Shown here: positions 38,433 through 48,713 of the stretch, piece after piece
How positions within the stretch are numbered: the stretch's first letter is position 1
Layout of the letters: the number at the start of each line of letters is the position of its first letter
DNA from: Candidatus Cloacimonadota bacterium
Lineage (GTDB): Bacteria; Cloacimonadota; Cloacimonadia; Cloacimonadales; WRIO01
Direction of reading: 5' to 3'
Assembly: GCA_009777575.1 (NCBI GenBank)
Contig: WRLO01000001.1
Span: 97,954-161,953, forward strand
Length of the DNA: 64,000 nt
Notes under the pieces: generated by a model
The model's input: only the letters and a program-made list of their open reading frames with translations
What the model was told of the DNA's origin: nothing
The model's database searches: none
Translations under genes and position numbers: made by a program

Positions 38433-38798
38433 TTGAATTTGGATGTGAGCAAAGCTTTTCATAAAACGATAAATATAAATAATATTAAGATAAGAAACTT
38501 TATGAATTGTCCTAAAATTGACCGAATAGAAGAAATAATTGCACAGATTTATAGAGCTATCAAAGCTAAATACAACCAAGCATTTAGTATCTCTCTAGCA
38601 GCTTCTTGTGCTATAGCTGTTATTTATCTTATGAGAACTGGTTATCTTGTTGTCATAAATGTTTCAGGATCAGAGAGAGACCTAAAAGTGAACTTTGTTG
38701 TATTTTCTTTTCTTCTCGGGTTCTTTATTGGTAGTGTTGTTATTCCAGCTTTTCTTGCGTTATGCGGTTTTCTCTTCAAGCAATCGAAGAAATTGTGA
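38433..38798 (+). CDS. Small membrane protein, unknown function (start uncertain)
   Basis: Two hydrophobic segments; same strand as the operon. Confidence 0.4.
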   Translation: MNLDVSKAFHKTININNIKIRNFMNCPKIDRIEEIIAQIYRAIKAKYNQAFSISLAASCAIAVIYLMRTGYLVVINVSGSERDLKVNFVVFSFLLGFFIGSVVIPAFLALCGFLFKQSKKL

Positions 38799-38884
38799 TG
38801 TTTGCAATAAAGGAGGTAGGATTGATTTTTGGAATAATAAAATATCCAGTTATAATAGCAATTTTTGAAAGAATAGGAAAAAGT

Positions 38885-40066
38885 ATGAAAAAAAAACTTA
38901 TATTTATCTCTTTTTTAATTTTTATTATTTCAATATACTCAAATAGCGGTATAATAATAGAAGTTCATATTGCTGACAATGTTCAGCAGACAATAACAAC
39001 AGAAAGCTCGTTGTTTTACATCCAATCAGGAGATTTGATTGAGTCGATAGAAACAAATACTATATTAGTAAAATCATCTAATAGAGTCATATCTATAAAT
39101 GATAAAGAGTATGGAGAAATAGTTTATGTTTATGCGGAAAACAATTTGAGTTTGAATAACAATTCATATTTGGGTGAATTTAAGCTATTATTAACTCAAA
39201 ACAATCAAGTGAGGGTCATAAATCGCCTAAATCTTGAAGACTATGTCGCAGGAGTTATCGTAGCAGAAATAGGTGGAAACGCACCAGTTGAAGCCTTAAA
39301 AGCCCAAGCAGTAGCCACAAGAACTATCTCTGTCAGGCATATAAGGAACGGCAGACATAGAGCAGATGGATACGATTTGTGTAGTAATACACATTGTCAG
39401 GTTTATCGTGGTCTGACAGGGCAAACTCCTCTTTCACTTCAAACTGTTCATGATACAGCAAGTATGATACTTTTATCTGAAATTCAAACACCTTCAATTT
39501 GGTCTGGAGATATTGAAACAGTAGTAGAACTAATGTCAGAAAATACAGAGGCTATAGAAGCGGTTTATTCCTCTCATTGCGGTGGTATTAGTGAAAATTC
39601 TGGTGATTTATGGGTAACACAGCATAGTTATTTGAGTTCAAAAATTGATAACTATTGTATACACATAGATTTAATGCCGAGTTGGAGTCGAAGACATATA
39701 AATTGGGAACGAGATTTTACTATTCAAGAGCTTGAAAACATGTTTTCAATCAGAAATATATCAGAGATTTCAATCAATGTAATAAATTCCTCCATGAGAA
39801 TAGAAGAAGTTTTAATAAAATCCTCTTCAAATGATGTCCTGATAACAGGACAATATGAGCTAAGAAATAGATTTGACCTACCATCGAGTCTCTTTTTTAT
39901 TCAAAGAGAGGGGGAAAAAGTAAAATTTATTGGCAATGGACATGGACACGGGGTGGGTATGTGCCAAATAGGCTCTATTGTAAGAGCTTTACAAGGACAT
40001 GACTTTAAAGATATACTAAGTTTTTATTATGAAGGCGTTAATATTGGAGTTTTGAAGACAGATTGA
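38885..40066 (+). CDS. SpoIID/LytB-domain protein (lytic transglycosylase-like)
   Basis: Signal peptide MKKKLIFISF; LEDYVAGV..AE, EALKAQAVATRT, CQVY, YSSHCGG, GHGVGMCQ. Confidence 0.9.
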   Translation: MKKKLIFISFLIFIISIYSNSGIIIEVHIADNVQQTITTESSLFYIQSGDLIESIETNTILVKSSNRVISINDKEYGEIVYVYAENNLSLNNNSYLGEFKLLLTQNNQVRVINRLNLEDYVAGVIVAEIGGNAPVEALKAQAVATRTISVRHIRNGRHRADGYDLCSNTHCQVYRGLTGQTPLSLQTVHDTASMILLSEIQTPSIWSGDIETVVELMSENTEAIEAVYSSHCGGISENSGDLWVTQHSYLSSKIDNYCIHIDLMPSWSRRHINWERDFTIQELENMFSIRNISEISINVINSSMRIEEVLIKSSSNDVLITGQYELRNRFDLPSSLFFIQREGEKVKFIGNGHGHGVGMCQIGSIVRALQGHDFKDILSFYYEGVNIGVLKTD

Positions 40067-40173
40067 GCATCTGAAATAAAACAAAGATAGGTTTATTTAA
40101 AAGTTATGGCAGAAAAAAAGAATAACAGTCTCTTAAAAACGAGATGATATCAGATATTAAAAGAAAAAAATAT

Positions 40174-41472
40174 ATGAAATTTATAATAGAAACATACGGT
40201 TGTCAAATGAATGTAGCAGACAGCGAATTGATTGTATCGATATTGAATAATGCTGGTTTGACACATACAGAAAATATAGATGATGCCCAAATAATCATCT
40301 TTAATACATGTTCAGTCCGAGAAAATGCAGAAAAAAGGGTTATAGGCAGGATTACGAGCGAAGTCTCTCGAAAAAGCCACCAAAATAATTTACTTGTAGG
40401 CATAGTCGGATGTATGGCTCAAAGGCTCGGAGAAGAGTTAAAAAAGATAAATAAAAAAATTGATTTTGTGGTAGGAGTAGACCAATACTCTTTATTACCT
40501 GAAATAATAGAAGATTGCCTAAACAATAACGATTTTATATCAAAAACTACCCTAAATCAAGCAGAAATCTATAATGACCTTTATCCTACTCGGTCAAACC
40601 CTTTAAATGCATTTATCACTATTATGAGAGGTTGTAACAATTTTTGCACTTATTGTATTGTCCCTTTTACAAGAGGGAGAGAGAGAAGTCGCCCTATAAA
40701 AGAGATACTTTCTGAGATAGAGCTTGCAGGACAAAACAAATCATTTGAGGTCACACTTTTAGGGCAAAATGTTAATTCTTATTCCTTTGAAAACAATGAT
40801 TTTCCTGATTTATTACAAAAAGCAAATGAGATAGATAGTATCCGCAGAATCAGATTTGTCACCTCCCATCCCAAAGATCTTTCAGATAAACTTATTGAGA
40901 CAATGGCTACTTACGAAAAGGTTTGTGAGCATATACATCTACCGCTACAATCTGGAAATAACGAAATTTTAAATAAAATGAATAGAAAATACACTGCTGA
41001 ACATTACCTAAATTTGATAAATAAATTAAGAAAAGCTATGCCAGATATAGCAATAACTACCGATGTAATCGCAGGTTTTCCTAGCGAAACAGAAGAGCAA
41101 TATCTCGATACTTTAAACATCATGAAAGAGATACAATTTGATTTTGCTTATATGTTTAAATATTCAGAGAGAACAGGGACAAAGGCAGCAGATTTTGAAG
41201 ACTCTATCCCTGAAACTACTCGTTTGTATAGACTACAAAACCTCATCGACCAACAGACAGAAATCACTACTGCAAAATACAAGAAAAAGATAGGTAGTAT
41301 CCAAGAAGTCTATGTAGAATGTAAAAGTAAAAGGAACTCAAATGAAATGTCTGGTAAAACAAGAGATTTTAAAATAACGGTTTTTGATGGTAATGAAAGT
41401 CTAATTAATCAGTTTGTAAAAGTGAAGATTGTGGATGCAGTAGGGTGGACTTTGAAAGGAATTAAGAATTGA
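40174..41472 (+). CDS. miaB: tRNA methylthiotransferase MiaB
   Basis: ETYGCQMNVADSE, NTCSVRENAE, CNNFCTYC radical-SAM motif, LLGQNVNSY, YSERTGT, TRAM domain. Confidence 0.97.
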   Translation: MKFIIETYGCQMNVADSELIVSILNNAGLTHTENIDDAQIIIFNTCSVRENAEKRVIGRITSEVSRKSHQNNLLVGIVGCMAQRLGEELKKINKKIDFVVGVDQYSLLPEIIEDCLNNNDFISKTTLNQAEIYNDLYPTRSNPLNAFITIMRGCNNFCTYCIVPFTRGRERSRPIKEILSEIELAGQNKSFEVTLLGQNVNSYSFENNDFPDLLQKANEIDSIRRIRFVTSHPKDLSDKLIETMATYEKVCEHIHLPLQSGNNEILNKMNRKYTAEHYLNLINKLRKAMPDIAITTDVIAGFPSETEEQYLDTLNIMKEIQFDFAYMFKYSERTGTKAADFEDSIPETTRLYRLQNLIDQQTEITTAKYKKKIGSIQEVYVECKSKRNSNEMSGKTRDFKITVFDGNESLINQFVKVKIVDAVGWTLKGIKN

Positions 41473-41482
41473 GGATAATAAT

Positions 41483-42025
41483 ATGAATATCATAGTTGCA
41501 GTTGATGAAAATTGGGCAATTGGATACAAAAATGACCTATTGATAAGAATTAGTGAGGACATGAAATATTTTAAAAATAAGACAATGGGAAATATAGTCG
41601 TGATGGGTAGAAAGACTTTTGAGTCCTTACCAGGTCAAAGACCATTGAAAAACAGAACTAATATAGTTTTATCAAAAGATAAAAAATATACAGTTACGAC
41701 AGCATCCCTTCTGCCTCCAGAAAAAGATGTTGAGATTCCAGTTTTCAAAACAATCATCTGTCATGATGTAAATGAAGTCCTGAGCATAGTAAAATCAAGT
41801 GATAAAGAGGTTTTTATTATTGGTGGTGAAATGATTTATAAACTCTTTATACCTTATTGTAAAAAAGCTTATGTCACTAAGATTTATCACAAATTTAAAG
41901 CTGATAAACACATCCCACCTTTCAGTAATAATCCTTCATGGGGCTTGATAGAAGAAAGTGAAATTTTTGAGACGAAAGAAAATATAAAATATCAATTTCT
42001 TGTTTATGAAAAACAAGATGAATAA
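41483..42025 (+). CDS. folA: Dihydrofolate reductase
   Basis: IVAVDENWAIG, DMKYFK, VVMGRKTFESL, PLKNRTNIVLS, IIGG. Confidence 0.95.
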   Translation: MNIIVAVDENWAIGYKNDLLIRISEDMKYFKNKTMGNIVVMGRKTFESLPGQRPLKNRTNIVLSKDKKYTVTTASLLPPEKDVEIPVFKTIICHDVNEVLSIVKSSDKEVFIIGGEMIYKLFIPYCKKAYVTKIYHKFKADKHIPPFSNNPSWGLIEESEIFETKENIKYQFLVYEKQDE

Positions 42026-42045
42026 TACTGTTACTCGTAAAGAAT

Positions 42046-42110
42046 GTGACTTCAGATTTCCATCTGAAGATTGAAATATACTCGAACTGGAAAGATCGAA
42101 TTACATTTTA
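42046..42110. repeat. Single dispersed copy of the REP unit found at 62049-62364
   Basis: GTGA-CTTCAGAT-TTCC-ATCTGAAG-ATTGA...ACTCGAACTGGAAAGATCGAATTACATTTT. Confidence 0.8.
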
Positions 42111-42369
42111 AATATAGAATAGTATTAGATAGGGGATGTAAATAATGTAGTGCTTTTCAAAATGATAAAATAGTTGACAAAAAAAGTTATTTTTTAAAAA
42201 TGTCATAAAAGTAAAATAAAGTCTGATTATGAGTATTTTATTTAATTCGCAATCTTTTATAGAAAAAGGAGATAGGCTATTTTTTTTAATAAAAATATTA
42301 AAATGTATTTAATTAAATAAATAAGAAACTGGATAGATAAATCCGTCTTTTTAGGAATAGGAGCAGATA

Positions 42370-44349
42370 ATGAGATTATTTATTGTTATTTTGATGATTT
42401 TTATTTGTATAGGGAGTATTTTGGGGGTAACCCAATGGTTAAATGATGGCATCAGTGAATATATTTGGTTTACTAGTAGTAGCTCGCAAGATGTCAGACA
42501 GACAATAAGAAGTGGGATAGATTTATATCATCATTCTTATACTGATGATTTATTGTTTTATGGAACAGACAGATGGGCTGTAAATTTTATTATTAATGAT
42601 ATGATTAGTTTTCCTCCAGCCGATTCTGTTGATGTTGTATTCTTTGCAAATGCCATCAGTATTTTTATGCCTCAATCTATTTCTGCTGTGAGCATAGCTT
42701 TACATGAAAATGTTATTCCTCAGCATGATATAATAGTAACACAGCCCGGAACAATATTATTTAATACTACCATAAATCTCATAGCTGGCTGGAATACTAT
42801 ACCTTTTGAGACAGAAATATCTATAACAAATTCATGGATAGTTCTTGGATTTCCAGATAATATCACTGATATAGGTGTTTCAGCATCTTTAGGTGGTGGG
42901 AATCACAGTTATTTTTTTGACCGATTTGGACCTACGAGTGGTATTTTTAGAAACATGAGAAACAATGGTTTTGAAGCGGATTTATTATTTCATTTAGTGG
43001 GAAGTTTTGATAGACCAATTTTGATGATTGACATTTTAGATTTTTCTGTTCCAACTTTTATAAGTTATAATGAGCCATTTTTACCTTCTTTTAATATAAG
43101 AAATAATTCATCAATAAGTGTAAAAGATGTCTATGTTTCGCTTTCTATCAGTAATTCGACGAATAATTTTATTAGAACAGAAACTGTAAATATATCTTCA
43201 GAAATGCCAGCTGGTCAGATTTATTCTTCAGATATGATTGATTTTCGAGGAATAGACCTTCCGCAAGAATTTGCTCAATATGATATATCTATACAAACAG
43301 GATGCAATAATGAAGGTCACCCCTTTCTTAGAAGCTCAGCTTCTGCGATAACAAATGTCTTTGAGCATAAAAAAGAACGAAGTTTATTGGAAGTCTTTAC
43401 ACTATCATCAGACGCTTTCAATGAGAGTCTTCTTGATTTTATTGATACTCACACAGAGTCAGAAAATCTTGATATTTTGTTTTATTTCGCAAACTCTGTT
43501 GACCCCTTGCATACATTAGGAGCATATCAGAGACATATGCAATATCTCCATCAGGGGTTTCAGCATACTTATTTCAATGGCTATCTCAAGTATTCAAATT
43601 TCTCAGATTTGGATTTTTTTACGAAATTTAATGACAATTACATTCAAAGTCTGTCAGATAGAACATTTATAACCACTCATGGCTTTGACGCTTTTCTTGA
43701 AGATGAAATAAATCTCGTAATGGAATATACCATAATGAACGAAAACACAGACCTTTTGGTTATTCGAGACAACGATATAATCTTCAATGCAGCCTTTGTT
43801 CAACCTTTGACCATATCCGGAAGAAAGGTTAAGGTTGTTACTCAATATATAACTAACGGTATACCCGGATTTACTTTAAATTTACCCAAATCAGATAGTG
43901 GTTTAAAACTCATATTATCTTTTCCTGTATACAACATAAATCTATTGTCAGACAATAGTTATAATGACTTAGAGGTATTTGTTTGGTTCAATAGGAGAGC
44001 CACCAAAGAAATATATTATCATGATATATTTTCACTTGAAGATATAGATTTTCCTGAAAATATAAACCCTAATATCTCGATTATTCCAGAGGTCTTTCTT
44101 TATCCCAATCCAATTAAGCATACTGATGTTCTTAATATCGATTTTTTAAATTCAAAAGAGCAACAAAATGTGAGAATCTCTATATATAACATAAGAGGGC
44201 AAAGAATAGTATCAAGGGATTTGTATGAAAATTCTTTATCAATTGACTCATTGAATATCAATACAAGCGGTATATATTTTATGAGAGTTAATTGGACAGA
44301 AAGTGGTGTAGAAAGGAGTCATACAAGGAGATTTATGATTTTGAAATAG
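42370..44349 (+). CDS. Secreted protein with T9SS/FlgD-type C-terminal domain
   Basis: Signal peptide; C-terminal LYPNP...ISIYNIRGQ...SGIYF...RRFMILK. Confidence 0.82.
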   Translation: MRLFIVILMIFICIGSILGVTQWLNDGISEYIWFTSSSSQDVRQTIRSGIDLYHHSYTDDLLFYGTDRWAVNFIINDMISFPPADSVDVVFFANAISIFMPQSISAVSIALHENVIPQHDIIVTQPGTILFNTTINLIAGWNTIPFETEISITNSWIVLGFPDNITDIGVSASLGGGNHSYFFDRFGPTSGIFRNMRNNGFEADLLFHLVGSFDRPILMIDILDFSVPTFISYNEPFLPSFNIRNNSSISVKDVYVSLSISNSTNNFIRTETVNISSEMPAGQIYSSDMIDFRGIDLPQEFAQYDISIQTGCNNEGHPFLRSSASAITNVFEHKKERSLLEVFTLSSDAFNESLLDFIDTHTESENLDILFYFANSVDPLHTLGAYQRHMQYLHQGFQHTYFNGYLKYSNFSDLDFFTKFNDNYIQSLSDRTFITTHGFDAFLEDEINLVMEYTIMNENTDLLVIRDNDIIFNAAFVQPLTISGRKVKVVTQYITNGIPGFTLNLPKSDSGLKLILSFPVYNINLLSDNSYNDLEVFVWFNRRATKEIYYHDIFSLEDIDFPENINPNISIIPEVFLYPNPIKHTDVLNIDFLNSKEQQNVRISIYNIRGQRIVSRDLYENSLSIDSLNINTSGIYFMRVNWTESGVERSHTRRFMILK

Positions 44350-44433
44350 ATAGTTGTTTGATAAAGCAGATTAAATATTTCAAAAGAAATTTATTTTTTC
44401 TGATTATCATAAACGAAAAAAACTGGAGGAAAT

Positions 44434-45378
44434 ATGGATAAAATAGAAGTTAAAGATGTTTATCAATATCTAAATCAAGAAATAGATATATTTCTTTTGC
44501 TGACAAAGAAAGAATTGAGAGAAGGAAAAAAAGATTATTATATCAGGCTTGATTTCGTAGACAAATCAGGACATATATCAGGAAATGTTTGGAATAACGC
44601 ACTTTCAAGTATGGACGGATATGCTGAAAAAGATGTAGTCAAGGTCCGAGCTTTAGTGACAAATTATAAAGAGCAAATCCAGCTCAATGTAAAAAAAATA
44701 AGAAAAGCAAATGAAAACGAGTATGAATTAGAGGACTATATACAAAAAACAAAAAAGGATGTCAATCAGCTATCAAAAGACTTTTTTAGCATGATTGATA
44801 GTATTTCTGAGGAAAATATAAAGAAATTATTATCAATTATTTTCGATGATAAAGAAATGTGGATGAAATTTAGCTATTGTCCAGCAGCAAAGTCTTGGCA
44901 TCACAATTATGTAGGCGGTCTTATAGAACATACAGTGAGTGTGATGAAAATCTGTGATTTTGTGAGTAAAATGTATCCAGTTAATCGGGATATACTCATT
45001 GCAGGCGCTATCTTGCATGACATCGGAAAGGTTTTTGAATATACTACTCTACCGTCGATTGAATTTAGTGATGAAGGCAGACTAATAGGGCATATAGTTC
45101 TAGGAGATCAGTTTGTAGCCAATAAAGCAAATGAAATAAATCTTTTTCCAGCAAATTTGCTGATGAAATTGAGACATTTGATTATTTCTCATCATGGCGA
45201 ACTTGAAAAAGGTGCTGTAAAAGTGCCACAAACCCTTGAAGCAGTTATATTGCATTTTGCAGATAATCTGGATGCGCAAGCCATTGGCACTCATCAGTTG
45301 ATGGAATCTGCGATAGATCCTAAAGCTCAATGGACAGAATATGATAAACTGAATAATAGATATATTTATTTAGGGTAA
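44434..45378 (+). CDS. YhaM-family 3'-5' exoribonuclease (OB + HD)
   Basis: DKSG..W OB fold, PAAKSWHH, GGLIEHT, LHDIGK, GRLIGHI, SHHG, ADNLDA. Confidence 0.9.
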   Translation: MDKIEVKDVYQYLNQEIDIFLLLTKKELREGKKDYYIRLDFVDKSGHISGNVWNNALSSMDGYAEKDVVKVRALVTNYKEQIQLNVKKIRKANENEYELEDYIQKTKKDVNQLSKDFFSMIDSISEENIKKLLSIIFDDKEMWMKFSYCPAAKSWHHNYVGGLIEHTVSVMKICDFVSKMYPVNRDILIAGAILHDIGKVFEYTTLPSIEFSDEGRLIGHIVLGDQFVANKANEINLFPANLLMKLRHLIISHHGELEKGAVKVPQTLEAVILHFADNLDAQAIGTHQLMESAIDPKAQWTEYDKLNNRYIYLG

Positions 45379-46163
45379 TGTTTCAAACTAGCGTCATCAC
45401 CAGCGGAAGTAAAGGAAATTGTGTCTTTGTAAAGAACGGACACACTCAAATAGTCATAGATGCCGGTATATCATTTAAATATTTCTCTAAATGTTTAACA
45501 GATTTAGGTCTTGATTGTTTAAAACTTGATGGAATATTTATCAGTCATGAACATTCAGATCATGTTGGAGGAGCCGGAATTTTACATAGAAAAACAGCTG
45601 CTCCAATTTACATTTCACATCCTACTTTTATATACTCTGAAAAAAAAATAGGGAAAATAAATCAAGAGCCATTTTTCTTTGAAACCGGAAATTATATACA
45701 GGTTGGTAGCCTGATAATTCATCCATTTAATTCACCTCATGATGCTATTGATAGTTGTAATTTTTTAATTCACCCTGTTGATGACGACAAAAGACAACTT
45801 TTAATAGCTACTGATATGGGTTTTGCCCATAATTTATTAAAAGTTAATCTAAAAAAGGCTACAACAATCGTCCTCGAATCAAATCATGATGTGAAAATGC
45901 TCAGAGATGGTCCTTATGAATGGTATTTAAAACAAAGAATATTAAGCAAATCAGGACATTTATCAAACGAACAGGCTACAAATCTGGTGGAAGAGGTTTT
46001 AGGTGATCAGCATGAAAGAATTATCCTTGCTCACCTCAGTGAGATAAACAATACCCCAGATTTAGCATATTCACAAATGAAAAATATGTTAGACACAATG
46101 CAAGCAAAGTTGGATTTACTTGTTTCGTCTCAATATGAGAATACTCCATTGTTCCAAGTATAG
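45378..46163 (+). CDS. MBL-fold hydrolase (WalJ/YycJ-like)
   Basis: SGSKGN, IDAG, SHEHSDH, PHDA, LESNHD, GHLSN, LAHLSE. Confidence 0.9.
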   Translation: MFQTSVITSGSKGNCVFVKNGHTQIVIDAGISFKYFSKCLTDLGLDCLKLDGIFISHEHSDHVGGAGILHRKTAAPIYISHPTFIYSEKKIGKINQEPFFFETGNYIQVGSLIIHPFNSPHDAIDSCNFLIHPVDDDKRQLLIATDMGFAHNLLKVNLKKATTIVLESNHDVKMLRDGPYEWYLKQRILSKSGHLSNEQATNLVEEVLGDQHERIILAHLSEINNTPDLAYSQMKNMLDTMQAKLDLLVSSQYENTPLFQV

Positions 46164-46198
46164 TATTAGTTAATCATCACTACAAACAAAGGGATTTT

Positions 46199-47581
46199 AT
46201 GAAAGATTTAACAGAAGGCAGTGTATTTAATCACATTTTGAAATTTTCAATGCCTATGCTCTTAGGTAGTGTTTTTCAACAATTATACAATGTTGTAGAT
46301 AGTGTCATTGTGGGACAGTTTTTGGGTAATAGCTCACTGGCAGCAGTAGGGGCTTCATTTCCGGTAATATTTGTGTTAATATCGATGATTATGGGCTTAA
46401 CAATGGGTATGTCCGTAGTTATTTCTCAGTATTACGGAGCCAAGGATATGCATCGTGTCAAACAAGCTATCGACACAATGATGATTTTTGTGATTACATC
46501 TGGACTTATAGTAGGAATATTTGGTTATTTTTTCTCTGAAAAGATATTTATCTGGATGAATTTTCCTCAAGAGGTGGTTACTGATGCTGCTGTATACTTT
46601 AGAATACTGATAGCAGGTGTGATATTCATGTTTGGATATAACGGAATGAGTTCTATCTTAAGAGGTTTAGGTGATTCCAAGACACCTTTGTATTTTTTGA
46701 TGGTTACGACCATCTTGAACATTTTGCTCGACTTGCTCTTTGTGCTTGTTTTTAAATGGGGAATAGCAGGAGTTTCAATAGCCACTGTGATTTCGCAAGG
46801 TGTATCTTTCTTGGGGATGATAATATGGCTTAATAAAAAACATGATTTTATCAATATAAAATTTATAAACCTCGAATTTGATAAAGAAATCTTCAGAAAA
46901 AGCGTTAAAATAGGTTTTCCAGCCGGCGTTCAGCAGACCATTGTAGCTCTAAGTGCAGTGGCTCTGACCTCTATTGTAGGTGGTTTTGGGACAGAAACTG
47001 TGGCTGGTTTTGCTGTAGCTATTCGTATAGATTCTTTTGCTATGATGCCTGCAATGAATATTTCTATAGCTTTAACAAATTTTGTCGGACAAAACGTGGG
47101 GGCAGGAAAAATAGACAGAATAAAAAAAGGGTATAAAGCAGCACTATCTATATCCTGTGGAATATCTTTTATTTTAGGACTTATATTTCTTACACTCGGA
47201 ATGCCTTTAGTCTCATTTTTTACACCTGATCCTGCTGTTCAATTGGTAGGCACTCAATTCTTGATGACATGCAGTATGTTTTATATCTTTGTCTCTGCTA
47301 TGTTTATGACCAACGGAGTATTAAGAGGAGCTGGCGATGCAACTGCACCGATGTTAAATACAATGATAGCCTTGTGGTGTGTCAGGATACCAGTGGCAAT
47401 AATTTTGTCTCAAGGTTGGAAAGGTGTGAGCTTTTTGGGATATGAATTGCACGCTTGGGAAGGTCTCGGCAGCAGAGGTATCTGGTGGGGTGCTCCAATA
47501 TCCTGGGTAGTTGGTTTTTTACTCGCTTATTCTCGCTATAGAGGTGGAAAATGGAAAACAAAGTCGGTGGTACAGAAATAA
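46199..47581 (+). CDS. MATE-family efflux transporter
   Basis: DLTEG, QQLYNVVDS, ISQYYGA, RGLGDSKTP, GQNVGAG, RGAGD. Confidence 0.93.
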   Translation: MKDLTEGSVFNHILKFSMPMLLGSVFQQLYNVVDSVIVGQFLGNSSLAAVGASFPVIFVLISMIMGLTMGMSVVISQYYGAKDMHRVKQAIDTMMIFVITSGLIVGIFGYFFSEKIFIWMNFPQEVVTDAAVYFRILIAGVIFMFGYNGMSSILRGLGDSKTPLYFLMVTTILNILLDLLFVLVFKWGIAGVSIATVISQGVSFLGMIIWLNKKHDFINIKFINLEFDKEIFRKSVKIGFPAGVQQTIVALSAVALTSIVGGFGTETVAGFAVAIRIDSFAMMPAMNISIALTNFVGQNVGAGKIDRIKKGYKAALSISCGISFILGLIFLTLGMPLVSFFTPDPAVQLVGTQFLMTCSMFYIFVSAMFMTNGVLRGAGDATAPMLNTMIALWCVRIPVAIILSQGWKGVSFLGYELHAWEGLGSRGIWWGAPISWVVGFLLAYSRYRGGKWKTKSVVQK

Positions 47582-47694
47582 AAATATAAATGATATTTTT
47601 CTTAGTAGCGGTATAAGAGATTATTTGCAGAATTACGAAATAATTTTTGCATTATTCCTAACAGAATAACGATGTTGGGGAGGGTGTCACTTTT

Positions 47695-47722
47695 TCTACC
47701 AAGCCACGACTCCTACGGAGTA
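47695..47722. repeat. Degenerate CTAC...CTCCTACGGAG-type REP
   Basis: TCTACCAAGCCACG-ACTCC-TAC-GGAGT short hairpin; single copy in the window. Confidence 0.35.
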
Positions 47723-47800
47723 TGTTTTTATATTATGTAAGTTTGGCCGTTCATGATGTGTCTTATGGGAAATTAAATATCACACCATATTAATAAAAAA

Positions 47801-47954
47801 AAATCTTGACAAATTATAGATTGATAAAATAAATGGCAAAAAATAAATAAAAAATAAAAAACAAGGAGCTAAAAATGAAATTTCAAAATTGTAAAATCAG
47901 ACATATCGTAGTATTAGCTATGATTTTAATTATGATGACCATCTTGCTGGCATC
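47801..47954 (+). repeat. Direct repeat copy 1: promoter + RBS + signal-peptide cassette
   Basis: Closely matches 48561-48713; the last 41 nt (47914-47954) are identical. Confidence 0.9.
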
Positions 47955-48552
47955 GCTATCAGTAAATTCCAATTCTGTTGTTTTTCAAGAAAATGAACCA
48001 AAAAGAACATGGAATGAAAGAGAGATTATTATGGATTGGGAATTAACTCAAGCAGATGGAACTATTCTCAAAGTTGAGCGAGTCCGTGGTGGATTCAATA
48101 ATCCCACCCATTTTTACAGAATTAACGGGTACACGCTTCAATATGATCGTAATATTCGTTCTTGGTGTTGGGCATATCAAGATGAAACAGGACGTTTAAG
48201 GGCTACAGAATATCCTGCACATCTATATGATCCAGAAGAACTTGGGTTTGAAAAAGATATAAGATACTCTGAAGAGGTTACAATAAAAATAATTCAAGAG
48301 ATATTAGAAGCATTTATAGAGTCAGATCTTCCGGGCGTGCGACAAAGACCTAGGACTATAATAAACATGAGAAATACACCCAATAGATGTCCTACAAATG
48401 GCGAAGTTCAATCTATTGTTATCTATATTAGTCTTGATGATCAAGGACCTCATGAGTTTCCTACAGATGAATATGTAATGAAATTTGATGCATTAAATGA
48501 ATATTATCAAGCCGTATCTTATAGCAAATTACAGATTACATCATATTTGTAA
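47875..48552 (+). CDS. Secreted protein equal to the N-terminal (pro) region of the downstream M6 protease; no HExxH
   Basis: Shares TQxDGT, NGxT, CWAYQD, HLYDPExLGxxKDIR, CPT, YYxAVSY with 48634-51225. Confidence 0.75.
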   Translation: MKFQNCKIRHIVVLAMILIMMTILLASLSVNSNSVVFQENEPKRTWNEREIIMDWELTQADGTILKVERVRGGFNNPTHFYRINGYTLQYDRNIRSWCWAYQDETGRLRATEYPAHLYDPEELGFEKDIRYSEEVTIKIIQEILEAFIESDLPGVRQRPRTIINMRNTPNRCPTNGEVQSIVIYISLDDQGPHEFPTDEYVMKFDALNEYYQAVSYSKLQITSYL

Positions 48553-48560
48553 TATAAAAT

Positions 48561-48713
48561 AAATCTTGACAAATATTGTTTAATAAAATAAATGGCAAAA
48601 AGTAAATAAAAAATAAATAACAAGGAGCTAAATATGAAAATCCAAAATTGTAAAATCAGACAAATCGTAGCTTTAGCTATGATTTTAATTATGATGACCA
48701 TCTTGCTGGCATC
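48561..48713 (+). repeat. Direct repeat copy 2: promoter + RBS + signal-peptide cassette
   Basis: See copy 1; TTGACA 48566, TG 48593. Confidence 0.9.
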
